Virus record (IMG/VR): IMGVR_UViG_3300032232_000510
Location: 1 to 60,562 of that record
Reading direction: 5' to 3' (one strand)
From: a virus
Lineage: Duplodnaviria; Caudoviricetes
Length of the DNA: 60,562 nt
Shown here: positions 9,616-18,818 of the stretch, piece after piece
Layout: every line of letters starts with the position of its first letter
Position numbering within the stretch: position 1 is the stretch's first letter
Notes under the pieces: model-generated
What the model was told of the DNA's origin: nothing
Seen by the model: the letters and a program-made list of their open reading frames with translations, nothing else
Databases searched by the model: none
Made by a program: the position numbers and the translations under genes

Positions 9616-10158
9616 TTATTGTGGGGAAGTCGGCCAGACAAAAAAATAGCACAGCCCCTGCGCAGTAACCGTCTTTGCCTGCGCGCCGAGCTTGAAATGC
9701 CTGAAAGGCTCCAGCGTCAGAGCGCCTATAAAGCAAACGCCGTGGGCCACAAACAGGTTCTCTCCAGCGCTTATAGTATGCGTTTCCCCCTCGTTGAGGC
9801 AAATAATCTGAACGTGATCTACGCGGGCCAAGGGTTTCCCCGCCACGCGGATGCACCAAATTTCGCAGCCATCAGGGCTTTCCCTGCGATACTGCCCTGC
9901 CAAAACAGTCCCGGTGTCAAGACTGGAAATCCAACCGGGCTCACGATTGGGCAAAGCCCCTGTAGGATCGACCATACTGCCGCTGACAACAACGTGACGA
10001 CTGGAAAGACTGTTTACCGGCACCGCATCAGGGAAGTCCAACATCTGCCAATATCCGGGCCAATAAATGCTTTGAGTTAAGCTAAGCTGCTCTGCAACCA
10101 ATGACCTAGTTGCTCGTTTGGAGCGCTCTTCACTCGTGATGGTAAAACTTTGAGCCAT
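9616..10158 (-). CDS. Hypothetical protein (tail-fibre associated, possibly cupin-like beta fold)
   Basis: 180-aa ORF translationally coupled to the upstream gene at 10158. Confidence 0.5.
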   Translation of the reverse strand: MAQSFTITSEERSKRATRSLVAEQLSLTQSIYWPGYWQMLDFPDAVPVNSLSSRHVVVSGSMVDPTGALPNREPGWISSLDTGTVLAGQYRRESPDGCEIWCIRVAGKPLARVDHVQIICLNEGETHTISAGENLFVAHGVCFIGALTLEPFRHFKLGAQAKTVTAQGLCYFFVWPTSPQ

Positions 10159-10715
10159 TAAATAATCTCCTGCCCGAGGTATTCATCCTGTATGTCGTCG
10201 TGAACAACATAGGCACCGGGCTTTGTCGGCCATTGGATTAAGAAAGGGTTAGCTTGAGTAGAAATATCCCGCAGCGCTTGGCGGTAAGACTGCCACACCC
10301 CGTGCATTGCGCCGAGACGGGCTGGGGCCGATGCCGTATCCGTCCAGTCGGATTCACCAAGCAGCCGGTCTCGGATTGATCGTACTAATACCCACTGTGT
10401 CTCGGTGCGCTGTTCGGAACTGGTAACTCTGTTTTCACCGGGAACCCAGTAAACCCAGCCTTCAGGAGGTGCGTCGTCAAATGTACTTGCGTTGTGAACC
10501 TGATTTGTATTTGTCGGGTTGTACCAAGAATGACCTCGGTAATCGACGGCAGCAACCCACTGGCCCAGCACCCAACGCCAACGCTCCAAAAAGCCAAGTG
10601 TTGTTTCGGGGATCGCGTCTTCTACAACTTGATCTCTGTTTAGGTCGGACACTAATGAGGCGAGAACCCCCCCTGCAAGGAACCCATGAGTGTCAATTGT
10701 GTTGTAGTAGCTCAT
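10158..10715 (-). CDS. Tail fibre assembly chaperone
   Basis: RSIRDRLLGESDWT...WQSYRQALRDI...QWPTKP motif; directly downstream of a fibre gene. Confidence 0.8.
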   Translation of the reverse strand: MSYYNTIDTHGFLAGGVLASLVSDLNRDQVVEDAIPETTLGFLERWRWVLGQWVAAVDYRGHSWYNPTNTNQVHNASTFDDAPPEGWVYWVPGENRVTSSEQRTETQWVLVRSIRDRLLGESDWTDTASAPARLGAMHGVWQSYRQALRDISTQANPFLIQWPTKPGAYVVHDDIQDEYLGQEII

Positions 10716-12922
10716 AGTTTATAAATAATCCATGTAGCTGTTGGAAGCCTAAACGAAGTAAAAGTGCCAGAAGTCAATACCATTGCGTAATCAAAAACCA
10801 TAGAGACTCTTCCATTATTTGAGTACGACCCACTATTTGAATAAGTACGAACCGGCATTGCGTGCGCTCTTAGAAAAAAATCGTATGTTGATCCCGCTGA
10901 ACCAGTCCAGTCTCTAACCGTTCCACCACTAAAGTAAGCTGCAACGTAGTACGGCTGGTTGCCGCTAGAGTCATAAGTGGTTAGGTCAACGGGTAGATTT
11001 ACTGTGTAAACGACTTGATTAATTTGCCCTCGAAAAATTGTTCCCGCAGGATAGTAAGTAAACGTGGGAACTTTGCCGGAATTATCAGTAACTCCTCCAC
11101 TAATAACTTCTGTCGGGTCAAGCGTCCCATACTCCAAAACAGTTCTGCGTTTTATATCAACCAAGTCAGCTTCGACAGTGCCATTGGACAATGCTTTAAA
11201 TCGAACAAAGCTGCTGGAATCGGGAGTGGTTGCAAAAGTACTAGCCGTTACGGCTCCATTGAAAGAACCAGAAGTGGCGGTAACCGCCCCAGTAAATGAT
11301 CCGCTGCTAGCGTAAACCGCCCCGGTGAAAGAACCAGAAGTAGCGGTAACCGCCCCAGTAAATGTTCCCGCTGTAGCATACACAGTACCGCGAACCGTAA
11401 CATTTTGAAATTCAGCAGCCCCGGTAGCATCTAGGTTGAACCCGGATGTGCCGCTTACATAGTTGCTAGATCGAAGGTATTGCCCTGTAGCAATATTTCC
11501 AGCAAGCAATTTATCTACTGTTAGGTTGGCTATTTTTGCGTTGTCAACTGCTAAATCTGCAATCTTGGCAGTAGAAATGGTTCCGTTTTTTATAAACGCA
11601 GTGTCCATATAAACACCAGCAGGAACTGCTACACCACCTATTGTGGTTGCCGATGCTTGAACAACAAAGGGAATTATTTCTGTAGCGGTTCCGCCTCCAC
11701 TTGCTGGCGGTGCAATATAAAACCTATCTGCCCGTATGGCAAACTCACTAGAGGTAGAAGTAGATGCCAACCCAAACCCGCTAACTTTTCCACCTACATC
11801 CAGTTTAATTGTGTACTGTGCGTAAAAATTACTGTTGTCCGTGGCTTGAGCAACAAATTTTTGTTCAAGGCTAGCCGTAACTCCACCAGAACTTACAGTA
11901 ACTTGTTTAACCGCGCTGGCTAAAGGAAGTCCGACATTCCATGTACCCCCGGCAGCTACACATGTTTGTTTTGTCGTGTAGTCATTAGGGACTCCACCAA
12001 TACTGCAATATCCAATTTTGGCTTCTTCAACGTTAACTACTCTTGCGTATGTTGCCGGTAACCCAGTAGTAGCGTCATTAACTTGAGCTTGAACTAAACC
12101 AACATTAGTTGTAAGTACGCCATCTGCGGTAACTCTAGCTGTCCGTTCGTTATATAAAAGCCCAACCGCAAGTTGATTTACATCTGTTCCGCCGTAGCTA
12201 CCCCGCATTTGAACAGCAAGCGCTTCGCGTGTAGTGGCTTCCGCGCTATCTGCGGTTGTTCGCGCATTTGATTCGACAAGAATCGCCGCATTACGCGCCG
12301 TTGCTTCATCCAAAATTCTAGCTGCTACGCTATTTGCTAAATTAGAAGGGCCGTCAATTAAATTAATCCTGCTAGCTAAAGTTGCGTATAGCTGGGTTTC
12401 AGTAATCTGTCCGGTTAAAACGCCAAGCAGATATGACACATCAGTGCCGGTAGTAGCAGAAGTCCCAGTACTGGAGTTGTACGCACTTTTTTCATCCAGC
12501 CCATTTACAAATCTAATCCAGTAATACCTAGTTTTATTTGGCCCTAAAGGGTCAACGTAAGTTGCTCCGGGTGCTGAACCTAGTAATACCGCTACGCCTA
12601 TATTGTTAGTATCAGCAGCCCAAACTTCGGTATACGCGTGTCCATAATACGCAGGAGCATCCCACGCAAGAATGACGTTTTGGATAGCCGCAGTAGCGGT
12701 AAGTCCTGTCGGCAAAGGTGGAGCTAATAAAGTTTCTGTAGCTGTAGAAACTGTACTAACGACTGGAGCAACAAGAGTACCTGCGGCATTGGTAGTTACC
12801 ACTCCAGTATTCAATAAATCTGCCAGTTTAACTAAATCATTATTAATTACTTCCCGGATACGATCCGTAAAAGTTCGTAAATCTTTAGGTATATCTGACG
12901 ATATTGTTGGGAGTTTAGACAC
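10712..12922 (-). CDS. Tail fibre/host-specificity protein (Fn3-like plus DUF1983-like region)
   Basis: GTG start at 12922 with GGAGG upstream; Fn3-like PTGLTA...LAWD...YYWIRFVN; YTIKLDVGGKVSGFGLAS...FAIRADRF...AFIKNGTI; 11-aa ATSGSFTGAVT repeats. Confidence 0.75.
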   Translation of the reverse strand: MSKLPTISSDIPKDLRTFTDRIREVINNDLVKLADLLNTGVVTTNAAGTLVAPVVSTVSTATETLLAPPLPTGLTATAAIQNVILAWDAPAYYGHAYTEVWAADTNNIGVAVLLGSAPGATYVDPLGPNKTRYYWIRFVNGLDEKSAYNSSTGTSATTGTDVSYLLGVLTGQITETQLYATLASRINLIDGPSNLANSVAARILDEATARNAAILVESNARTTADSAEATTREALAVQMRGSYGGTDVNQLAVGLLYNERTARVTADGVLTTNVGLVQAQVNDATTGLPATYARVVNVEEAKIGYCSIGGVPNDYTTKQTCVAAGGTWNVGLPLASAVKQVTVSSGGVTASLEQKFVAQATDNSNFYAQYTIKLDVGGKVSGFGLASTSTSSEFAIRADRFYIAPPASGGGTATEIIPFVVQASATTIGGVAVPAGVYMDTAFIKNGTISTAKIADLAVDNAKIANLTVDKLLAGNIATGQYLRSSNYVSGTSGFNLDATGAAEFQNVTVRGTVYATAGTFTGAVTATSGSFTGAVYASSGSFTGAVTATSGSFNGAVTASTFATTPDSSSFVRFKALSNGTVEADLVDIKRRTVLEYGTLDPTEVISGGVTDNSGKVPTFTYYPAGTIFRGQINQVVYTVNLPVDLTTYDSSGNQPYYVAAYFSGGTVRDWTGSAGSTYDFFLRAHAMPVRTYSNSGSYSNNGRVSMVFDYAMVLTSGTFTSFRLPTATWIIYKL

Positions 12923-14843
12923 CGCGCAGTTCCTCCATAGATTGCGCCATAGCGTAACCAAATACTTCGTACTCAGTTTCTATTTGAATTTCCCAGTCTT
13001 TACCAACAGCCGACGGCAAACGAAAAGGCAAACGACTTGCAACAGTTTGCGTATGAATCAAATTGCCTTCAGCATAAAACTTTGCGGTAACTGGATATGT
13101 TTCTGCGTCAACTTGCGCACAAGAAAAATACATGCTGTACGGCATTGTAAATTTTTTGGATTTCCAAGTAGCAGTTTTATTGGAACCACCAAGCCATACT
13201 TTTATAGAACGATCCGCAAAAGCAAGGTACAAATTATCATTGAGAAGATCGTTATACCCAGCAGTAGCATAGATGTCGTTTGTTGCAAATTCGCCTGTCG
13301 TAAGATCGTATATAAATCCACCCGACGTACTTCCGTTATTGTAAAACGCCACATATTTAAGATCGTGTTGATACGCTTCAATTGAAGATGGCAAAAATAA
13401 AGACTGCCACTGCGCCCGAGTAAACATTCGTTCGGTTATTAGTTTAGAACCACCTTGGCTTAACATTACTAAGCCATCCGGGCTAGCATAAATAACCGAA
13501 CCGTTTACACTAACAATGCTACGTTTAGCCGCGCAAGATTGTTCTACGTCTGTTTTAACTATAGTAACCGCGTCCGGAGTTGTACCTTGTACAAAATAAG
13601 GTACGCCGGTAGTTAGTACAGCAAGTGTAGTGTCCATGCGGCCAAGGCCAACAACTGGAAAATCAAACGATTGCATGTAACCTATAGGCCACGCAGCAGG
13701 ATGGTATGGGTCAGAAAAATAAACATCCCGCCCTGTAAACCCAGCCATATACCCATTGGGCATATTAATAAGCCCTTTGAGTGTAGCGGGGGGCATTAGC
13801 CATGTAGTGCTAGGTACTTCTTCAGCTAAGTCTTCGGCAAGTTTTGTATCAGTGTACGAACTGGTAGCGGCTGAAATTTCAGCTACAAATAAAAAACTTC
13901 CGGCTGTAGAGCGATAAATTCGTTTGTGGGTTATGTTATACCCAGAAGGTAGAGTTGCAAACGAAGTTACGGTTACGGCTTGCCCAGAACTTACAGTTAC
14001 ATCGGTTGAAGCTGGAGCCGGAGCCGATTCAAATTCAAACCCAGATTCTTTAGAAACATACGTATAAGTGTAAACCCTAGTTTCGGCTAATACATTGTCC
14101 GTAGAAGAAGCAATAGTTGCATAAATTGGAACCGGGCTACCGCCAGAAGTTAACCCTGTTTGGTAGCGAAGATAAAACGTATAGCCCGGGGTAGCACCTG
14201 TTCGGCTTACAACAATGCTTGTACCAGAAACAACAGCGTCGAGGTCAGTCATTGCAGTTATCTGAGAAGCAATACCTTCCGGAGTTGCGGTAACAATTGT
14301 AATACTGGAGCCAGTAAAACTTGCATCCCCTGTAGGAGTTACCAATGAAACTTGAATTTTATAACCGCTAACTAAATTAGCCAGTATGCTGGAATACAAC
14401 GTAACTACAGTGGCAATGCTTCCCCCCGCGCTAGCTGTAGCCCCAGAAGCCGGTGCGGGTAACCCTAATGGTCGAGATACGTATGGGTAGTCAGACCCAG
14501 ACAAAGCCAATGTGTTATATGTAGCCTTGGGCAAAGTTCCATCGGTGTAAAAAGTCCACTCTGAAGTATCCCCAGCAATCTGGCTACGGCAAACGTCTAC
14601 ATCAGTTAAAAAGTTAAACCAGTATTGACTGTCAGAAGCAGCATCTTGGCCGAATCGGTAAATAGTAGCCGGGGTTCCAACTTTGCTTGCAGTTGCAACT
14701 GTTGATCCGTAATTTTTTAACGGAAGTAACGAACCGGCAAAAACTGTACAGTTAAGCGCGGTTTGAGCTTGTGTGTCTTGCAAGTAGCGGGCTGAAGTTC
14801 TAGGGCTAATACCCCCAAAAGTTCGGTTTGAAATTACGGCCAT
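12915..14843 (-). CDS. Tail/stabilisation protein (nozzle, tail tubular B-like)
   Basis: 642-aa beta-rich protein, N-terminal FGGISPR and VYFSDPYHPAAWP; position in tail module. Confidence 0.6.
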   Translation of the reverse strand: MAVISNRTFGGISPRTSARYLQDTQAQTALNCTVFAGSLLPLKNYGSTVATASKVGTPATIYRFGQDAASDSQYWFNFLTDVDVCRSQIAGDTSEWTFYTDGTLPKATYNTLALSGSDYPYVSRPLGLPAPASGATASAGGSIATVVTLYSSILANLVSGYKIQVSLVTPTGDASFTGSSITIVTATPEGIASQITAMTDLDAVVSGTSIVVSRTGATPGYTFYLRYQTGLTSGGSPVPIYATIASSTDNVLAETRVYTYTYVSKESGFEFESAPAPASTDVTVSSGQAVTVTSFATLPSGYNITHKRIYRSTAGSFLFVAEISAATSSYTDTKLAEDLAEEVPSTTWLMPPATLKGLINMPNGYMAGFTGRDVYFSDPYHPAAWPIGYMQSFDFPVVGLGRMDTTLAVLTTGVPYFVQGTTPDAVTIVKTDVEQSCAAKRSIVSVNGSVIYASPDGLVMLSQGGSKLITERMFTRAQWQSLFLPSSIEAYQHDLKYVAFYNNGSTSGGFIYDLTTGEFATNDIYATAGYNDLLNDNLYLAFADRSIKVWLGGSNKTATWKSKKFTMPYSMYFSCAQVDAETYPVTAKFYAEGNLIHTQTVASRLPFRLPSAVGKDWEIQIETEYEVFGYAMAQSMEELRGV

Positions 14844-14846
14844 GGC

Positions 14847-15323
14847 TCATCCTAAAAATAGAACACGTTCGTCAATGCGACGGTTTTGTAGCCCCTTAAG
14901 GATTTTACCCCCACCCATGCAATACTTCAAGAACTCATCCGCAGCACCCGCTTTATCGCCCCGTAACAGTTTCTGGCGAAGCGTAGAACGCTGGAGTGTC
15001 CCAAGGCCGCAGTTAAAAGAAAAGCTGACAAGCCCATCAAACATACCTTGTGTAAGAGGGACAGGACAGAACTGCTCGACTCCGCGCTCAAATCTAGCCA
15101 AATCTGCTGCAAGTATTCCATTGACTTCTTCCATGCTAAATTTTCTATCATCCTCTGGGCGCAAGAAAAACGCATCCCGCTGCTCAAGTTTTAACTTACC
15201 TTGTTCCGGATAAAGTACATGCCCGACTCCGATTGTCCAAAGGCGGGCAGGGCAGCGATACGCACGTTGGCGAGTTCCCTCGTGGTGCTTGATGATCTCC
15301 AGTGCTTTGGCTGATACTTTCAT
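14847..15323 (-). CDS. Endolysin, GH24 phage lysozyme
   Basis: HEGTRQRAYRCPARLWTIGVGH (E-x8-C-x5-T), FDGLVSFSFNCG, GLQNRRIDE; likely start MKVSAK at 15323. Confidence 0.9.
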   Translation of the reverse strand: MKVSAKALEIIKHHEGTRQRAYRCPARLWTIGVGHVLYPEQGKLKLEQRDAFFLRPEDDRKFSMEEVNGILAADLARFERGVEQFCPVPLTQGMFDGLVSFSFNCGLGTLQRSTLRQKLLRGDKAGAADEFLKYCMGGGKILKGLQNRRIDERVLFLG

Positions 15324-15475
15324 TTGCGTCTCACCGTTTGAACACAACCAACTTTGTATCCCAGATCACGCCATTCCTGAGCCGCTTTTTGACAAGCGGA
15401 CTCGTACTCAAAGTACCCAACGACTAGAACTGAGTTCATATGTATACCTGTAACAAGCACAAGTGTCCAGATCAT
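15320..15475 (-). CDS. Small hypothetical protein, hydrophobic N-terminus and two Cys
   Basis: MIWTLVLVTG...; ATGA overlaps with both neighbours. Confidence 0.55.
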   Translation of the reverse strand: MIWTLVLVTGIHMNSVLVVGYFEYESACQKAAQEWRDLGYKVGCVQTVRRK

Positions 15476-15987
15476 TTTCCAAAGGCCCGGCCCCCGAAAT
15501 GGAATGCAATGATGGAAGCAAACAGCGCTTGGGTGTTGGAATCCCACAGCTTCTCAGCCAGCACAGGGAACTGCACGCCGTTGTTGTAGCCGTAGATGAA
15601 CAGGCCGATGTCCACAAAGCATAGCAGGGCAAAGAAGCCAAGGGTGATGAACGAGCGGACGCCTGCACGGAGATTCTTCATCCACTGGCTGGTGCCCTCA
15701 TTGAGCGACTCGTCGTGCTGGTAGATGGCGTTCATCTCAGCGACTTGGGCGTTGACCAGATTCTCGTTGCCCTTGGCAGTGGTCTCCATCTCAAGCTGGG
15801 CGCTGTGTATCTGCTCAATTCGCTCTTGCGCCTCGAAGCCAGCCTTGCGTAACTCAAGCTCCCGCTCAATCTGCATACGGGCTAAGTCCAGTTCATGACG
15901 TTTATCCTGCCGGTCTTGGAAAAAGTCCAGCAGCTTGGGCAAGCCGCCCATCAGGAAGGAGATTAAAGTTGATAGGATGGTAAGCAT
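15472..15987 (-). CDS. Putative holin (3TM, GTA-holin-like)
   Basis: N-terminal hydrophobic segment, coiled region, WMKNLRAGVRSFIT, two C-terminal TMs, FHFGGR end; upstream of the endolysin. Confidence 0.7.
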   Translation of the reverse strand: MLTILSTLISFLMGGLPKLLDFFQDRQDKRHELDLARMQIERELELRKAGFEAQERIEQIHSAQLEMETTAKGNENLVNAQVAEMNAIYQHDESLNEGTSQWMKNLRAGVRSFITLGFFALLCFVDIGLFIYGYNNGVQFPVLAEKLWDSNTQALFASIIAFHFGGRAFGK

Positions 15988-15990
15988 GGT

Positions 15991-16236
15991 TTAGTCCTTT
16001 TTGCAGGGGGGAGCATCTTCACTATGGGAAAGTTTTACGCCAGCCAGCAGCCCAATAAAGCCGCCAACAATGGTCTGAAATGCGGGTGATATGAGTTTGA
16101 AGATTTCGGCATTGTCCACAATGGGGTTAAACAGACCCGCCATCAGCACGCCGACCATTCCAATGACAACCACGCACAAGGTGAAGCTGACCATCATGGT
16201 CACAAAGAACGTAAGTTTTGATTTGATGTCATCCAT
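15991..16236 (-). CDS. Small 2-TM membrane protein (lysis cassette)
   Basis: MDDIKSKL start at 16236; two hydrophobic helices. Confidence 0.6.
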   Translation of the reverse strand: MDDIKSKLTFFVTMMVSFTLCVVVIGMVGVLMAGLFNPIVDNAEIFKLISPAFQTIVGGFIGLLAGVKLSHSEDAPPCKKD

Positions 16237-16709
16237 CAGTGTTTCTCCAAAAGCATAGTAAGCCACCAAAAAATAAGACCAAAAACCAAAATCACAATCG
16301 CGCCGCCAAGCAACCAGTTAATGAATTCGTCCATTTCTTTTTTCTTAGCAGCGGCGTTTTTTTCGTCCAAGATTTCCTGCGATTTACGATTTTGAATGAT
16401 GTTGTTACGTTCAACCATCAATTGTTGCCACAAGTCAGCATTACCACTCATAACCATATAGTTGTTTAGTTCGCGCTCAGCATCTGCAAGCTGCTTGGCT
16501 TGCATCACAATCTCAAACGCTTGGGCTGTATCCGACCCTGCAAATCCTATTTTAGGCTTAGACGCTGCTTTTTGAACAATGTCCTTTGCCTCAAAGAACT
16601 TCATCATATCGCCGGATACAGCGTGTATATCCTTACCCAGCGCAATAGCTGCTTTCACCGCCTTCACGGCGGCTTGCGCTGCTGCAAAGGCGGTGATTGG
16701 GTCAATCAT
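16236..16709 (-). CDS. Hypothetical membrane-anchored protein
   Basis: MIDPITAFAAA..., coiled coil, C-terminal TM. Confidence 0.6.
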   Translation of the reverse strand: MIDPITAFAAAQAAVKAVKAAIALGKDIHAVSGDMMKFFEAKDIVQKAASKPKIGFAGSDTAQAFEIVMQAKQLADAERELNNYMVMSGNADLWQQLMVERNNIIQNRKSQEILDEKNAAAKKKEMDEFINWLLGGAIVILVFGLIFWWLTMLLEKH

Positions 16710-16942
16710 TATTGCTTTCCGATAAAGTGTAAAAAGTAACCAACCAGACTACCCAAAGCAGACACAATAGTCATGCCCATCCAAAACCCGCCTTTGCCTT
16801 GATTCGCCATCTCTACCAATTTTTCAATTGACGTTTCAAGCTTATCAATCTTTACAGACATCTCGTCAAAACGACGTTCATAGTCTTGTACTTTTTGCCA
16901 AAGGACTCCGTATTTAACGGGGTCAATTTCCGGTGCATTCAT
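16709..16942 (-). CDS. Small coiled-coil protein with C-terminal TM (XhlA/holin-like)
   Basis: Heptad pattern followed by GKGGFWMGMTIVSALGSLVGYFL. Confidence 0.55.
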   Translation of the reverse strand: MNAPEIDPVKYGVLWQKVQDYERRFDEMSVKIDKLETSIEKLVEMANQGKGGFWMGMTIVSALGSLVGYFLHFIGKQ

Positions 16943-16986
16943 GGTAGCGTCCTACAAAAAGGCTAAAACCAAAGTATATACGGAAT

Positions 16987-17385
16987 TCAAGTTGCAAGGA
17001 ACTCCGGCGAACCAATACGGTTTATTCCGCCATCAACCCGATAGCGAAGGTTTTTCTTGTTGTTTAACGCCCAAATTATGAGGAACGACAAGACCGTAGA
17101 ATCAACTTTAACGCCGCACTCGGACATATCGTACACCTCAATTGTGCCTTCCATGCGACGGGATACCACAATTTTTGCTAGTGATGGTTTAAACCATTCA
17201 GGAATACTTTCGTCCTGTAACCACGCACATCGGTACTCAGAACAAAGAGGTGGCCTATCAGGGTAGATGGTACACCCGTTGCCGAAGAAAAAACAAGGAC
17301 GCCCGGGGTAAAACTCATGCCCGCGCACAGTACCAGATACAGCACCCTTGCAACACTCGGAGCAATCCCCGCAAACCCGGCTCAC
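16987..17385 (-). CDS. YkgJ-like CxxCxxCC Zn/Fe-S cluster protein
   Basis: GTG at 17385 overlaps the upstream stop (GTGA); CGDCSECC...CFFFGNGCTIYPDRPPLCSEYRC. Confidence 0.8.
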   Translation of the reverse strand: MSRVCGDCSECCKGAVSGTVRGHEFYPGRPCFFFGNGCTIYPDRPPLCSEYRCAWLQDESIPEWFKPSLAKIVVSRRMEGTIEVYDMSECGVKVDSTVLSFLIIWALNNKKNLRYRVDGGINRIGSPEFLAT

Positions 17386-17972
17386 GAAAACTCCGTCCAG
17401 CCAGTAAGTATGTACTTTACCCCAGACAAAGGAGGGTTGCCCCGATGCGCCCACGGGTAATTCGGAGGGAAGATAACTAGCCGCCCGCGTTTTGGTTTTA
17501 CCCGTTTGTGTAAATATAAAAACTCTGTTTCCCCGCCTTCGTCTACATCGTTTAAATACAAGATATAAACGCCCAGCCGGTTCATATGTTCTTTTGCGGC
17601 ATCTTCGCAATGCCAAATATGATACCCACCTCCGGGTAACGTTTTTTGAACTTTGTAAGTAAAAATAGTATGCTGTGAAGACTGGTCAATTACGCTGTAA
17701 GCTTTACGATAGTCAGCATAACAAGTGTCCCAAAACCCAGTACTAAATTCTCCAATAAAAGCCGGAATGTTTGCGCTGATAAATGATAGTTCGTTTGGGG
17801 AAGTAGGATTTAGATTTACAGCTTGGTCATCTTTTAGATGTTGCGCTTCAATTCGCCCATATGTCCTGTTATTGCTTTGACACCATTCGAAGTGGTTTAT
17901 AAGATTTTGGCAAAATTCACTACTAAATACGCCGTCATATATACCGACAAAGTTATCGTGTTCAACTTGCAT
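17382..17972 (-). CDS. 2OG-Fe(II) oxygenase (prolyl-4-hydroxylase-like)
   Basis: GYHIWHCE (H-x-E), LYLNDVDEGGETEF, HRGNPP...KYILTGW. Confidence 0.9.
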   Translation of the reverse strand: MQVEHDNFVGIYDGVFSSEFCQNLINHFEWCQSNNRTYGRIEAQHLKDDQAVNLNPTSPNELSFISANIPAFIGEFSTGFWDTCYADYRKAYSVIDQSSQHTIFTYKVQKTLPGGGYHIWHCEDAAKEHMNRLGVYILYLNDVDEGGETEFLYLHKRVKPKRGRLVIFPPNYPWAHRGNPPLSGVKYILTGWTEFS

Positions 17973-17980
17973 TAACGCTC

Positions 17981-18574
17981 CTATTTAAATGATGGGCCAG
18001 CAGTCCAAACAACAAGTGTTTTACGAATGCCACGAGTGACTGGGGTGACCCGGTGTAATCTCCAGCTAGGAACCAACGCAATAAGCCCGCGTTTTTTATC
18101 AACAGCTACAGGATCACTACCATTTAATGTTTCAAGAACTCCGCCGTCATAATCTTCCGGATCGGATAACTGAAGAACTAGACTTAATTTTCTAGCAGCT
18201 TCAGTTGTAGGAGTCATGTCTTCGTGCCATGTGTAATGGCCTGCGTCGTCTGCGGTGTATACCGTGTATTGAAAATGTTCTACAAACCCATACAAATCAA
18301 AACCAAAAAACTTTGCGTTTGCTTTTCGTGCTACGTACGCAAGACGATCATAAATCCACCCGCTGTCAGGATTATTGTCTATCCAACCAACCATGGAACG
18401 TCGTATGGATGGAACATTTGGTGTATCAGAATTTACAGTTGCGGGTTCTAAACTAAGCGAATCGCCGTAAGTAACAATACGATCAAGTTCTTCGTTGGTA
18501 AAAGCATCTTCCCAAGTTACAAAACTATGGTTGTGGTTAGAAGTATTGTCTGGCGCAAATTGATAAATGGACAT
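17981..18574 (-). CDS. 2OG-Fe(II) oxygenase (PKHD/PiuC-like)
   Basis: HYTWHED (H-x-D), RKLSLVLQLSDPEDYDGG, HRVTPVTRGIRKTLVVW. Confidence 0.9.
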   Translation of the reverse strand: MSIYQFAPDNTSNHNHSFVTWEDAFTNEELDRIVTYGDSLSLEPATVNSDTPNVPSIRRSMVGWIDNNPDSGWIYDRLAYVARKANAKFFGFDLYGFVEHFQYTVYTADDAGHYTWHEDMTPTTEAARKLSLVLQLSDPEDYDGGVLETLNGSDPVAVDKKRGLIALVPSWRLHRVTPVTRGIRKTLVVWTAGPSFK

Positions 18575-18810
18575 TAAGTTGTTCCGAGAAGTTTATCGGA
18601 GGCAGTTAAAATAAGATATTGGGCATACCATTTATCGTGAGGGGCAAATTTTGCTACGTACGTAGAGATATCATTAATATCCAACTCACTGGTAATTGGA
18701 ACGTTGTACGTAATTTTGGTGAGGCTAGCATGAGTAGGCGTAAACTCTACCAGCATACTGCCTTGTTCGGCAAACAGTTGTTTGACTTGGTGTGTGTATT
18801 CAAAAATCAT
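18574..18810 (-). CDS. Hypothetical protein
   Basis: 78 aa, coupled between the Gly-rich gene and the oxygenase. Confidence 0.6.
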   Translation of the reverse strand: MIFEYTHQVKQLFAEQGSMLVEFTPTHASLTKITYNVPITSELDINDISTYVAKFAPHDKWYAQYLILTASDKLLGTT

Positions 18811-18818
18811 AGCAGTCC

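Noticed and set aside
9602-9859. N-terminal extensions given by the ORF track (also 17386-17616, 35526-35645, 46297-46428)
   Set aside because: They overlap neighbouring genes or non-coding structure; downstream starts have better coupling, RBS or domain boundaries.
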